Assembly (NCBI GenBank): GCA_017399355.1
Contig: JAFQCY010000071.1
Span: 1,611-65,610, forward strand
Source of the DNA: Oscillospiraceae bacterium
GTDB lineage: Bacteria > Bacillota > Clostridia > Oscillospirales > Oscillospiraceae
DNA length: 64,000 bases
Direction of reading: 5' to 3'
Below, one piece after another: positions 37,937 through 46,021 of the stretch. The position numbers and the translations under genes were made by a program. A model generated the notes under the pieces. That model worked only from the letters and a program-made list of their open reading frames with translations. It had not been told where the DNA came from and did not search any database. Position 1 is the stretch's first letter. Each line of letters opens with the position of its first letter.

Positions 37937-40576
37937 TTACAGTTTCTTCATTCTCTCTTCGCTCTCCGCAAGCTGCTTCAGAAGGTTCTCCATCTTCTCA
38001 GCCTTTTCCTGCTCAGCCTTGACCACGGCCTCGGGGGCCTTGGCCACAAAGCCGGGATTGGAGAGCTTACCACGGATGCTATTGAGAAGCTTTTCGGTCT
38101 TCTCCTTTTCCTTTGCGATGCGGGCCAGCTCTTTTTCCACGTCTACCAGCTGTGCCATGGGCATATACAGGGTTGCATCGTGGGTAACGCAGGAGGCCAT
38201 AGACTCGTGGCCTTCCGGCTCTGCAGCACAGATGATCACATCGTCAGCATAGGCCAGGCGGCTCATAAAGCCCTCACCTGCACGGAAGGTAGCTTCCTTC
38301 GCAGTCACAATATAGAGGCTGCACTTCTTGGAGGGAGGCACATTCATCTCGGCACGGCGATTACGCACAGCACGAATGGCATTCATAATGCTCTCCATAT
38401 CGTTCTCTTCGGTCTTGAAGCTGAGGGACTCTGTGTGCTTGGGCCAGGAGGCAATGATCAGTGCCTCGCCCTCGTGGGGAATGGCCTGCCAGATCTCTTC
38501 CGTAATGAAAGGCATGAAAGGATGCATCAGACGAAGAACCTGATCCAGAACATACAGAAGCACCTTCTGCGCAACAAGCTTGCTCTTTTCATCCTCGCCG
38601 TAGAGACGGGCCTTAGTCAGCTCGATATACCAATCGCAGTAGCTATCCCAGATGAAGTCATAGCATTTCTGCTCGGCAACGCCCAGCTCGTACTTGTCCA
38701 TATTCTCGGTAACTTCCGCAATGAGAGTATTGAGCTTGGACAGGATCCACTTATCGGCAGTCTCCAGATCCGCTGCATCGGGAAGTTCATTCTTCTCGAT
38801 ATTCAGATTCATCATGACATAGCGGCTGGCATTCCAGAGCTTATTGGCAAAGTTGCGCATAGCCTCGCAGCGCTCCACATAGAAACGCATATCGTTACCG
38901 GGAGAGTTGGCGGTGATCATGTTCATACGCAGGGCATCAGAGCCATAGCGCTCGATCATCTCAAGAGGATCGATGCCATTGCCCAGAGACTTGGACATTT
39001 TTCTGCCCTTGTCATCACGAACCAGGCCATGGATCAGCACAGTGTGGAAGGGAGTCTTACCGGTCTGCTTGCAGCCGGAGAAGATCATTCTGGCAACCCA
39101 GAAGAAGATAATATCGTAACCGGTGACCAGAACGTCGGTGGGATAGAAGAACTTGAAGTCCTCGCTGTCAGTATTGGGCCAGCCCAGGGTCTCAAAGGGC
39201 CACAGCGCAGAGGAGAACCAGGTATCCAGCACGTCCTCGTCCCGGGTGATATTCTTGCTGCCGCACTTCTCGCAGCAGGTTGCATCCTCACGGGAGACCG
39301 TCATATGGCCGCAATCGGCGCAGTACCAGGCCGGGATCTGATGACCCCACCAGAGCTGACGGGAAATACACCAGTCACGGACATTTTCCATCCAGTTGGT
39401 ATAGATCTTGGTAAAGCGCTCGGGAACAAACTTAGTCTCGCCCTCATAAACCACACGGAGTGCTTCCTCTGCCAGAGGCTTCATCTTAACGAACCACTGT
39501 GCAGAGATAATGGGCTCAACATCCTTGTGGCAGCGGTAGCAGGTACCGACATTATGATTATAAGGCTCAACCTTAACCAGATAGCCCTGCTCTTCCAGAT
39601 CCGCAACGATCTGCTTTCTGGCCTCGTAACGATCCAGGCCCTCGTACTTGCCGCCCAGCTCGTTGACGACTCCCTTGTCATCCAGAACACGGATCACTTC
39701 CAGGTTATGCCGGAGTCCAACCTCAAAGTCGTTGGGATCGTGGGCGGGGGTCATCTTCACGCAGCCGGTGCCGAACTCCATCTCGGCATAGTCATCGGCA
39801 ACAACGGGGATCTCCTTATTCATCAGGGGCAGGATGACCTTCTTGCCCACAATGGCGGAATAGCGCTCATCATTGGGGTTCACGCAGACACCGCTGTCGC
39901 CCAGCATGGTCTCGGGACGGGTGGTGGCCACAATGACCTCTCCCTCGCCCTCAGCCAGCGGGTAGCGAATATGCCACAGGTTACCGGGCTTATCCACATA
40001 CTCAACCTCGGCGTCAGACAGAGCGGTGACGCAGTTGGGACACCAGTTGATGATACGGCTGCCCTTATAGATCAGGCCCTGCTCATAGAGGTTGACGAAC
40101 ACTTCACGGACGGCATTGGAGCAGCCCTCGTCCATGGTAAAGCGGGCTCTGTCCCAGTCGCAGGAGGCACCCAGCTTCTTCTGCTGCTCAACGATACGGT
40201 TGCCGTACTTATGCTTCCAGTCCCAGACCTTCTCCAGGAACTTTTCACGGCCCAGGTCGTAACGGCTCAGGCCTTCCTTGCGAAGCTCCTCTTCTACCTT
40301 GATCTGGGTGGCGATGCCGGCATGGTCAACACCGGGAACCCAGAGTGCCGCATAGCCCTGCATCCGCTTGAAGCGGATGAGAACGTCCTGCAGCGCAGCA
40401 TCCATGGCATGGCCCATGTGCAACTGACCGGTGACGTTGGGAGGGGGCATTACAATGGTAAAGGGCTTCTTTTCGGGGTCTCTTTCCGTATGGAAATAAC
40501 CGTTCTCCATCCAGAACTGATAGAGCTTGGACTCCACTTCTTTGGGGTCATAAATCTTTGGTAATTCTTTTTTCAT
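37937..40576 (-). CDS. valS: Valine--tRNA ligase
   Basis: [30 protein letters not shown]-terminal coiled coil. Confidence 0.98.
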   Translation of the reverse strand: MKKELPKIYDPKEVESKLYQFWMENGYFHTERDPEKKPFTIVMPPPNVTGQLHMGHAMDAALQDVLIRFKRMQGYAALWVPGVDHAGIATQIKVEEELRKEGLSRYDLGREKFLEKVWDWKHKYGNRIVEQQKKLGASCDWDRARFTMDEGCSNAVREVFVNLYEQGLIYKGSRIINWCPNCVTALSDAEVEYVDKPGNLWHIRYPLAEGEGEVIVATTRPETMLGDSGVCVNPNDERYSAIVGKKVILPLMNKEIPVVADDYAEMEFGTGCVKMTPAHDPNDFEVGLRHNLEVIRVLDDKGVVNELGGKYEGLDRYEARKQIVADLEEQGYLVKVEPYNHNVGTCYRCHKDVEPIISAQWFVKMKPLAEEALRVVYEGETKFVPERFTKIYTNWMENVRDWCISRQLWWGHQIPAWYCADCGHMTVSREDATCCEKCGSKNITRDEDVLDTWFSSALWPFETLGWPNTDSEDFKFFYPTDVLVTGYDIIFFWVARMIFSGCKQTGKTPFHTVLIHGLVRDDKGRKMSKSLGNGIDPLEMIERYGSDALRMNMITANSPGNDMRFYVERCEAMRNFANKLWNASRYVMMNLNIEKNELPDAADLETADKWILSKLNTLIAEVTENMDKYELGVAEQKCYDFIWDSYCDWYIELTKARLYGEDEKSKLVAQKVLLYVLDQVLRLMHPFMPFITEEIWQAIPHEGEALIIASWPKHTESLSFKTEENDMESIMNAIRAVRNRRAEMNVPPSKKCSLYIVTAKEATFRAGEGFMSRLAYADDVIICAAEPEGHESMASCVTHDATLYMPMAQLVDVEKELARIAKEKEKTEKLLNSIRGKLSNPGFVAKAPEAVVKAEQEKAEKMENLLKQLAESEERMKKL

Positions 40577-40590
40577 GAATATCCCTGCAT

Positions 40591-42387
40591 TTAAATCATA
40601 TTTTTTAGTGCTGCAAAGGCAGCATCATTGTCGTAATTACGAACACGTTCATAGAGCATTTCCCGAACTTCGGTAACCTTGCTCTTGGTGCAATAGGGGG
40701 CAAAGGGGCAGGTAGCGCAGTTTTCCTTCTTGCAGCGGATCACGAATCTGGAGAAGGGATTGCTGCCGGGCATCAATGCCTGACGAACCTGCTCAATAAT
40801 ATGCGGCTCATAAAGGAATGAAAGCTGCTCCAGGTAAGCCTCGGGGGTAACGCTCTTATTCTCACGGGTGAAAACGTGGCGCAGGCAGGACAAGTACGCT
40901 TCGTCCTCCCCTTCCATGCCGCTCATGGCCATACCGATATACTGCTTGACATCGCGGTTACCGCAGGCCCAATCCGCATAAGCGACGCTGAGCATACCGT
41001 AAGCAACGTCCATGGCAGCGGGCAGGTTCAAGCCAACATCGTCCAGCAGGCTGGAGAAGGTAAGCTTGGGTCTGCGCATGGTAGTCTGCATATAGGAGAT
41101 CCTGTACTTGCAAAAAAGCATAAATTCAAGAAGCTGATCCGGAGTAGCTTCTGTAAGATCCGATGCGCATTTTTCTGCGTTGACCCGCATGTGGCTCAGA
41201 GGCAGCGTATTGGAGTAATCGGAGTAATGAACTCCGCTGAATCCGGGGATAAAGAGCTGAACCGTGGGGAAGCCCAGGTGAGACATATCACGAAGCAAAA
41301 TAGTCTTGCCCAGCTTCTTGACAAAATCGATAATCCAGTGAACCAGATCCTTATTGGTCTTCTGCGACAGGTCGGCGTAAGGAACGAAGGGATAAGAAGG
41401 CGTGCCAACAAAGAAATCCAGAGGGAACGCACCTTCGCCACGGACATAGAGCCTGTTTTTATCCGATACCGAGCGGCTGCCGGTAGACTGGAAGATGGTA
41501 TTTTCAGAGAAGATCTGGGTGAGATAGCGATTCTGAAACATCTCCGTAATACAGCGCTGCAGCGCGATCTCAAAGACAGGGCAGGAGCCTACATGTACAC
41601 GGTAACGGTGGGACTTTTTATCCACGACCACTACGGCGATCATGGGGAAGCCCAGGCCAAGAGAGCAGTCCTTTACGAATACATCATAGCCATGGGAGCG
41701 GATATCGTTGATCGTCTCATAGGCTGTGGTAAACTGGGCCAGGTAGTCCTCCGGGATGGTGGGAGGAACTGCCTTACCGGAGAAGAAAGCACGCTCGAAA
41801 TTACGCTCTACGATCTCGCTGAAGCCCTGGACAAAGGCCTCCTCCAAGGAATTGCCAGCGGCAAGACCGTTGGTGGAGCAGATATTCCGCAGCAGATGGG
41901 GGGGCAAATAGGAGTATTCCCCGGTCATGGCATTGAGTACGGGGATCACCTCCACCGTATCAGGGCTATCGCAGGTATCAAAGCAGGCCTGCACCAGCTT
42001 CTCATAGGTGACAGGTAGCTCTTCGTTTTCTACGGCATCCTGCAGGAATTCACGCAGCCAGGGGCCGCAATGCTCTTCCAGCTCCGCTCTGTTAAAGCGA
42101 CGTGTATCCCCAAAAGGAGGAGATTCACGGGTCAGCCATCCGCCCTGAAGACGTTCCATAAACTCCCCATGAGCGCTGGCATGGGCCAGTTCTTTGGTGA
42201 CTCCCTTGCCATTGGAGCACATACCGGGGCTTCCGTCCACCGTTAGATGGAGACTATGGCAGTTGGCAACGCCGGTCTCTGTTTCTCTGAATACGACCTG
42301 AATCCCGTTTTCCTTCAGGATGGTCTGAATTTTCGCTATGGTATCCTTTGGAGAAGCATCTTTAAATCTTTCGTCAATAAGTCGCAT
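40591..42387 (-). CDS. ycaO: Stand-alone YcaO-family ATP-dependent backbone-activating enzyme (E. coli YcaO-like), with C-terminal Cys4 motif
   Basis: [14 protein letters not shown]...[56 protein letters not shown]. Start re-placed at ATG 42387 (GGAGG SD 42393-42397). Confidence 0.9.
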   Translation of the reverse strand: MRLIDERFKDASPKDTIAKIQTILKENGIQVVFRETETGVANCHSLHLTVDGSPGMCSNGKGVTKELAHASAHGEFMERLQGGWLTRESPPFGDTRRFNRAELEEHCGPWLREFLQDAVENEELPVTYEKLVQACFDTCDSPDTVEVIPVLNAMTGEYSYLPPHLLRNICSTNGLAAGNSLEEAFVQGFSEIVERNFERAFFSGKAVPPTIPEDYLAQFTTAYETINDIRSHGYDVFVKDCSLGLGFPMIAVVVVDKKSHRYRVHVGSCPVFEIALQRCITEMFQNRYLTQIFSENTIFQSTGSRSVSDKNRLYVRGEGAFPLDFFVGTPSYPFVPYADLSQKTNKDLVHWIIDFVKKLGKTILLRDMSHLGFPTVQLFIPGFSGVHYSDYSNTLPLSHMRVNAEKCASDLTEATPDQLLEFMLFCKYRISYMQTTMRRPKLTFSSLLDDVGLNLPAAMDVAYGMLSVAYADWACGNRDVKQYIGMAMSGMEGEDEAYLSCLRHVFTRENKSVTPEAYLEQLSFLYEPHIIEQVRQALMPGSNPFSRFVIRCKKENCATCPFAPYCTKSKVTEVREMLYERVRNYDNDAAFAALKNMI

Positions 42388-42397
42388 CCGTACCTCC

Positions 42398-42428
42398 AAA
42401 AAAATGCGCTGAAGCAAAAGCTTCAGGC
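42398..42428 (-). terminator. Terminator/attenuator hairpin directly upstream of the ycaO ribosome-binding site
   Basis: CTGAAGC-TTTT-GCTTCAG stem followed by CGCA and T7, then GGAGG. Confidence 0.65.
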
Positions 42429-42529
42429 AATCAGTATCCGCGATATAACAAAGACGGCAATGCTGAGCATATCATACTGCTCAGCAAAAGTCCGTATCAA
42501 GAAGACATCCCGGAACGAAGAAAAGGTAA

Positions 42530-42610
42530 ACGAGAATCTGCTTTGCCTCTCACAAAGGCTTGCACAAACCGCCTTCTATCTGCAGCGAGATGGCAAAGCG
42601 TTACTCTCGT
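42530..42610 (-). ncRNA. T-box Stem I-like structured leader (degenerate)
   Basis: Nested pairings ACGAGAGT/ATTCTCGT, GCTTTGCC/GGCAAAGC, TCTCGC/GTGAGA, AAGGC/GCCTT; AGUA element; AGAUA bulge; apical loop GGUUUGUGCAA. No intact specifier loop or UGGNACC seen. Confidence 0.5.
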
Positions 42611-42642
42611 AATGATATAGAATTACTTCCGCTTACGCAGGA

Positions 42643-43146
42643 TCACACATCCTCAATGATGACGCTGTTGCGCACTACGGGCTTGGGGTTGACCACAGCA
42701 GAGAACTTCGCACGGGAATCACGAACCTCTGCCAGAGCCTGGGCAATGGCCTCTTCCGTCTCACGGAGAGAGTCATCCACATAGTTCATGGTAACCTGCT
42801 TCAGTTCTTTGATCTTCTCCTGTGCATTACGGATCATCTCGTTGGCCTGCTCCTTGGCTTCCTGATAGATTGCCTCACGGGTAACAAGCTCCTTGGCTTC
42901 TGCATGAGCAGCCTTGCGGATCGCATCAGCCTCACGCTTTGCGTTGGTGATCATCGTATCTCTGGACTCGCAGATGGTGCGGGCCTGCTTCAATTCACCG
43001 GGGAGCTTATTGCTGATCTCGTCCAGGAGATCCAGCACACGCTCACGCTCAACAGAGCAGTTGCCGCCGCTGAAAGGAACGTTCTTTGCATCCTGTACCA
43101 TCTCATATATTGTGCCGATGAGTTCTTCAATGCCATGTTCGTTCAT
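42643..43146 (-). CDS. DivIVA-like coiled-coil protein (family usually found after rsmD-coaD)
   Basis: MVQDAKNVPFS, LLDEI...LPGELKQA, A..EA..I...A..EA heptads. Confidence 0.75.
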   Translation of the reverse strand: MNEHGIEELIGTIYEMVQDAKNVPFSGGNCSVERERVLDLLDEISNKLPGELKQARTICESRDTMITNAKREADAIRKAAHAEAKELVTREAIYQEAKEQANEMIRNAQEKIKELKQVTMNYVDDSLRETEEAIAQALAEVRDSRAKFSAVVNPKPVVRNSVIIEDV

Positions 43147-43200
43147 GGTAGTGCCTCCTTAATCTTTCGGGTTTTCTGTTTTATTAGTTAGGCTATGCTG

Positions 43201-43770
43201 TTACAAGCTATGTTCCGCAGCTTCCAAATCCTGTTTTCTGCGGAAGAGGGTGATCAAAGTCGTACCGTAACGGTAATCTTTTGAGGGGACTAAATCCCCA
43301 AAATCGCCCTTTAACTCCTTACCTACAGGCCTTTCCGTTATAATTATACCACTTTCTCCCAAAATGTCAATTTCCGAGATGCATTTTATTGCATTTTCTA
43401 AAGATTTTTCTGCATAGGGAGGGTCTAAAAAGATCAAACGGAAGGATTTTCTGCATCTGGAAAGATAACTGAGCGCATCTGAGCGAATCACCTGGGCACG
43501 ATCCGACAATTTTGTTTTTTCCAGATTATCCCGGATCACCCGAATGGCTTCGGGACTCTGATCCACAAATACGCCATGACGGGCTCCACGGCTCAATGCC
43601 TCGATCCCAAGCTGGCCGGAGCCGGCAAACAGATCCAGCACATCACCGCTGATCTCATATTGAATGATATTAAAGAGCGCCTGCTTGACTTTATCCGCCG
43701 TAGGTCTGGTCGCCAAGCCGGGGGGTGCTTTCAGAATTGTACCTCTGGCGGTACCGGTGATCACACGCAT
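43201..43770 (-). CDS. rsmD: 16S rRNA m2G966 methyltransferase
   Basis: MRVITG.ARG, TRPT.DKVK, LDLFAGSG.LGIEALSRGA, DPPY. Confidence 0.96.
   Translation of the reverse strand: MRVITGTARGTILKAPPGLATRPTADKVKQALFNIIQYEISGDVLDLFAGSGQLGIEALSRGARHGVFVDQSPEAIRVIRDNLEKTKLSDRAQVIRSDALSYLSRCRKSFRLIFLDPPYAEKSLENAIKCISEIDILGESGIIITERPVGKELKGDFGDLVPSKDYRYGTTLITLFRRKQDLEAAEHSL
43343..43370 (-). promoter_or_regulatory. Consensus sigmaA promoter inside the rsmD coding sequence
   Basis: TTGACA-N16-TATAAT with extended -10 TG and an AT-rich upstream tract. Confidence 0.72.
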
Positions 43771-43773
43771 AGT

Positions 43774-45591
43774 TTACTCCTCTGAATGAAAATAATCATA
43801 AATTGCCTGCGCAGTATTTTTCGGCACAACTTTTTGCAGCTCCGAAAGTTCCGCCTTGCTGATGGCTTTTACGGAACGGAACTCCTTGATCAGCGCCAAG
43901 CGGCGGGTCTTCCCTACTCCGGGGATCTCATCCAATACGGAAGCCTTCAGGCGTTTACTGCGCAGATCCCGATGATAGGTGATGGCAAAGCGGTGGGTCT
44001 CCTCCTGGATCCTGCCGACGAGGGCAAAGAGAGCCGGTGTGCCCTGGATGCCGATCTCTTTGCCATCTGGTGTGATCAGCGCTCTGGTGCGGTGACGGCT
44101 GTCTTTTACCATGCCGTAAATCGGAATCTCCAGACCCATCCGGCGCAGCGCATCCTGCACCACCCGTGCATGGTTGGAGCCGCCATCGATCAGCAGCATG
44201 TCCGGCCGCTGATCAAAGCCCTTATCGCCGTCCAAATAATGGCAGAAGCGGCGGCAGAGGACCTGCTCCATGGAAGCATAGTCATCCTGGTCATCTAAGC
44301 CTTCCAGCTTAAAGCGTTTATAGTCGCTCTTTTTCGGTTTCCCATCCACAAAGACCGTCATGGATGCCACAATATCCGTACCTGCAATATTGGAGATGTC
44401 GTAGGCCTCCATACGCTCCGGATAGCCGGGAAGCTGCAGCAGCTCCTGAAGCAGCTTCAGTGTGCCGCTGAGCCGCTCCGCTGCGGTGGTGGCAAGCTCA
44501 GCCTCTTCTCTGGCATTCTCCTCAGCAAGAGAAAGCAGCCGTAGGTTCTCCCCTTTTCTGCCCGTAAGAAAGCGCACGCTTTTCTCATACTTATCACGCA
44601 GCAGCTGGGCGAACAGGGCAGCATCCTCCATGGGCAGGGGCAACAAGACTCTCTTTGGCACAGCTCCACGGTTCAGATAATACTGCTTGACCAGGGAGGA
44701 AAGGGCCTCCGCTGGATCGTCGGTTCTGGAGAGAATCTGATGATCCTTATCCACCAGGTCGCCACCCACAAAGTGCAGCACCGCAAAGCAGGCCTTGGCC
44801 TCGGTCTGATACCAGCCGATCACATCTGTGTCCGCACGGGCCGCAGCCGTAACGGTCTGCTTTTGTCCAAGCAGCTCAATGGCACGCATCCGATCACGGA
44901 ATTGGGCAGCAGCCTCAAAATCCAGGCGCTCCGCTGCTTCTTCCATCTGAAGCCGCAGGCTATCCAGCAATGATTTATGCTTTCCCTCCAGCAGCAGAAC
45001 CGCCTGGTCAATCCGCTCCCGATACTCCTGAGCGCTTTTCTCCTTGCGGCACCAGCCGGCGCAGGTCTTCATATGGTAGTTCAGGCAAGGCCGCTCCTTG
45101 CCCTGATCCCGGGGGAATTTCCGGCTGCAATCCGGAAGGCCAAAGGTGAGACGAATAGAATCAATAACCTCCTGGCTTCTGCCACGGGAGCCGTAAGGGC
45201 CAAAGTAGCGTGCCCCGTCCTCCTTGATCCGCTGGGCAAGGGTGATTTTCGGATAAGCTTCTTTTAAATCCAGGCGTAAATAGGGGTAGCCCTTGTCATC
45301 CTTCAGAAGGATGTTGTACTTGGGCATATAGTGCTTGATCAGGGAGCATTCCAAAACCAGTGCTTCAAATTCCGTAGCCGCCCGGATGGTCTCAAAATGA
45401 TCCACCTGGGATACCATTCGTCTGGTTTTGGCATTATGGGATGCAGTATCCTGAAAATACTGGCTGACTCGATTTTTTAATTTTTTCGCCTTACCTACAT
45501 AGATCACACCGTCATGGGCATCCTTCATCAGGTATACCCCCGGCGCAAGCGGCAGGCTGAGGGCTGCATTTTTCAGTTCTTCCTTGGTCAT
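43774..45591 (-). CDS. uvrC: Excinuclease ABC subunit C
   Basis: GIY-YIG (PGVYLM..IYVGKA), YDISN, LIDGG, C-terminal HhH. Confidence 0.97.
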   Translation of the reverse strand: MTKEELKNAALSLPLAPGVYLMKDAHDGVIYVGKAKKLKNRVSQYFQDTASHNAKTRRMVSQVDHFETIRAATEFEALVLECSLIKHYMPKYNILLKDDKGYPYLRLDLKEAYPKITLAQRIKEDGARYFGPYGSRGRSQEVIDSIRLTFGLPDCSRKFPRDQGKERPCLNYHMKTCAGWCRKEKSAQEYRERIDQAVLLLEGKHKSLLDSLRLQMEEAAERLDFEAAAQFRDRMRAIELLGQKQTVTAAARADTDVIGWYQTEAKACFAVLHFVGGDLVDKDHQILSRTDDPAEALSSLVKQYYLNRGAVPKRVLLPLPMEDAALFAQLLRDKYEKSVRFLTGRKGENLRLLSLAEENAREEAELATTAAERLSGTLKLLQELLQLPGYPERMEAYDISNIAGTDIVASMTVFVDGKPKKSDYKRFKLEGLDDQDDYASMEQVLCRRFCHYLDGDKGFDQRPDMLLIDGGSNHARVVQDALRRMGLEIPIYGMVKDSRHRTRALITPDGKEIGIQGTPALFALVGRIQEETHRFAITYHRDLRSKRLKASVLDEIPGVGKTRRLALIKEFRSVKAISKAELSELQKVVPKNTAQAIYDYFHSEE

Positions 45592-45614
45592 GGTGCCCTC
45601 CTTTTGATACAAAG

Positions 45615-45644
45615 CTGCCCCAAGCGTAAAAACGTTTGGGGCAG
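45615..45644 (-). terminator. Terminator after the HPr gene
   Basis: CTGCCCCAAGCGT/ACGTTTGGGGCAG stem followed by CTTTGT on the minus strand. Confidence 0.65.
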
Positions 45645-45658
45645 AACTTTGATGTACC

Positions 45659-45919
45659 TTAATAAATATCCTTTACCAGCATTGCGGAAAGCTCCTTAAC
45701 AGCAGCTTCCTCATCGGGGCCCTCAGCGACCAGCGCAATCTCGGTGCCGGTGGTAATGCCCATGGAAAGAACGCCTAAAAGGCTCTTTGCATTGATCTTT
45801 CTGTCCTCGGCTTCGATCCAGATGCTGGAACGGAACTCATTTGCCTTCTGAATAAAATAAGTTGCCTGCTTGTTGTGAAGGCCGGATTCACACTTCACAA
45901 TGGACTTCTCTGTGTACAT
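45659..45919 (-). CDS. ptsH: HPr-family phosphocarrier protein (variant active-site loop)
   Basis: His15 (GLHNKQA), Ser46 (NAKSLLGVL), GPDEEAA. Confidence 0.85.
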   Translation of the reverse strand: MYTEKSIVKCESGLHNKQATYFIQKANEFRSSIWIEAEDRKINAKSLLGVLSMGITTGTEIALVAEGPDEEAAVKELSAMLVKDIY

Positions 45920-45967
45920 AAAGCGTCACTCCTCATTCCCGGGTCATTTCTATGACCGCTAATAGAT

Positions 45968-45996
45968 AATATACGAAAGTTCGGGGCATTTGTCAA
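45968..45996 (-). promoter_or_regulatory. sigmaA promoter of the HPr gene
   Basis: TTGACA-N17-TATATT. Confidence 0.75.
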
Positions 45997-46021
45997 CACA
46001 TTTCTGCGGGTTTCCAACAAA

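Noticed and set aside
38180-42018. Plus-strand ORFs of 794 aa and 380 aa opposite valS and ycaO
   Set aside because: Same codon-aligned antisense artefact; no motifs.
42430-42460. GCGGATACTG as the T-box antiterminator bulge
   Set aside because: It only loosely resembles GGUGGNACC and I could not build the antiterminator pairing, so no functional T-box is called.
42388-42642. Possible RiPP precursor peptide upstream of ycaO
   Set aside because: I found no minus-strand ORF with an SD and a Cys/Ser/Thr-rich core. The interval is occupied by RNA-like stems, and the plus-strand ORFs 42247..42612 and 42560..42784 overlap real genes in antisense.
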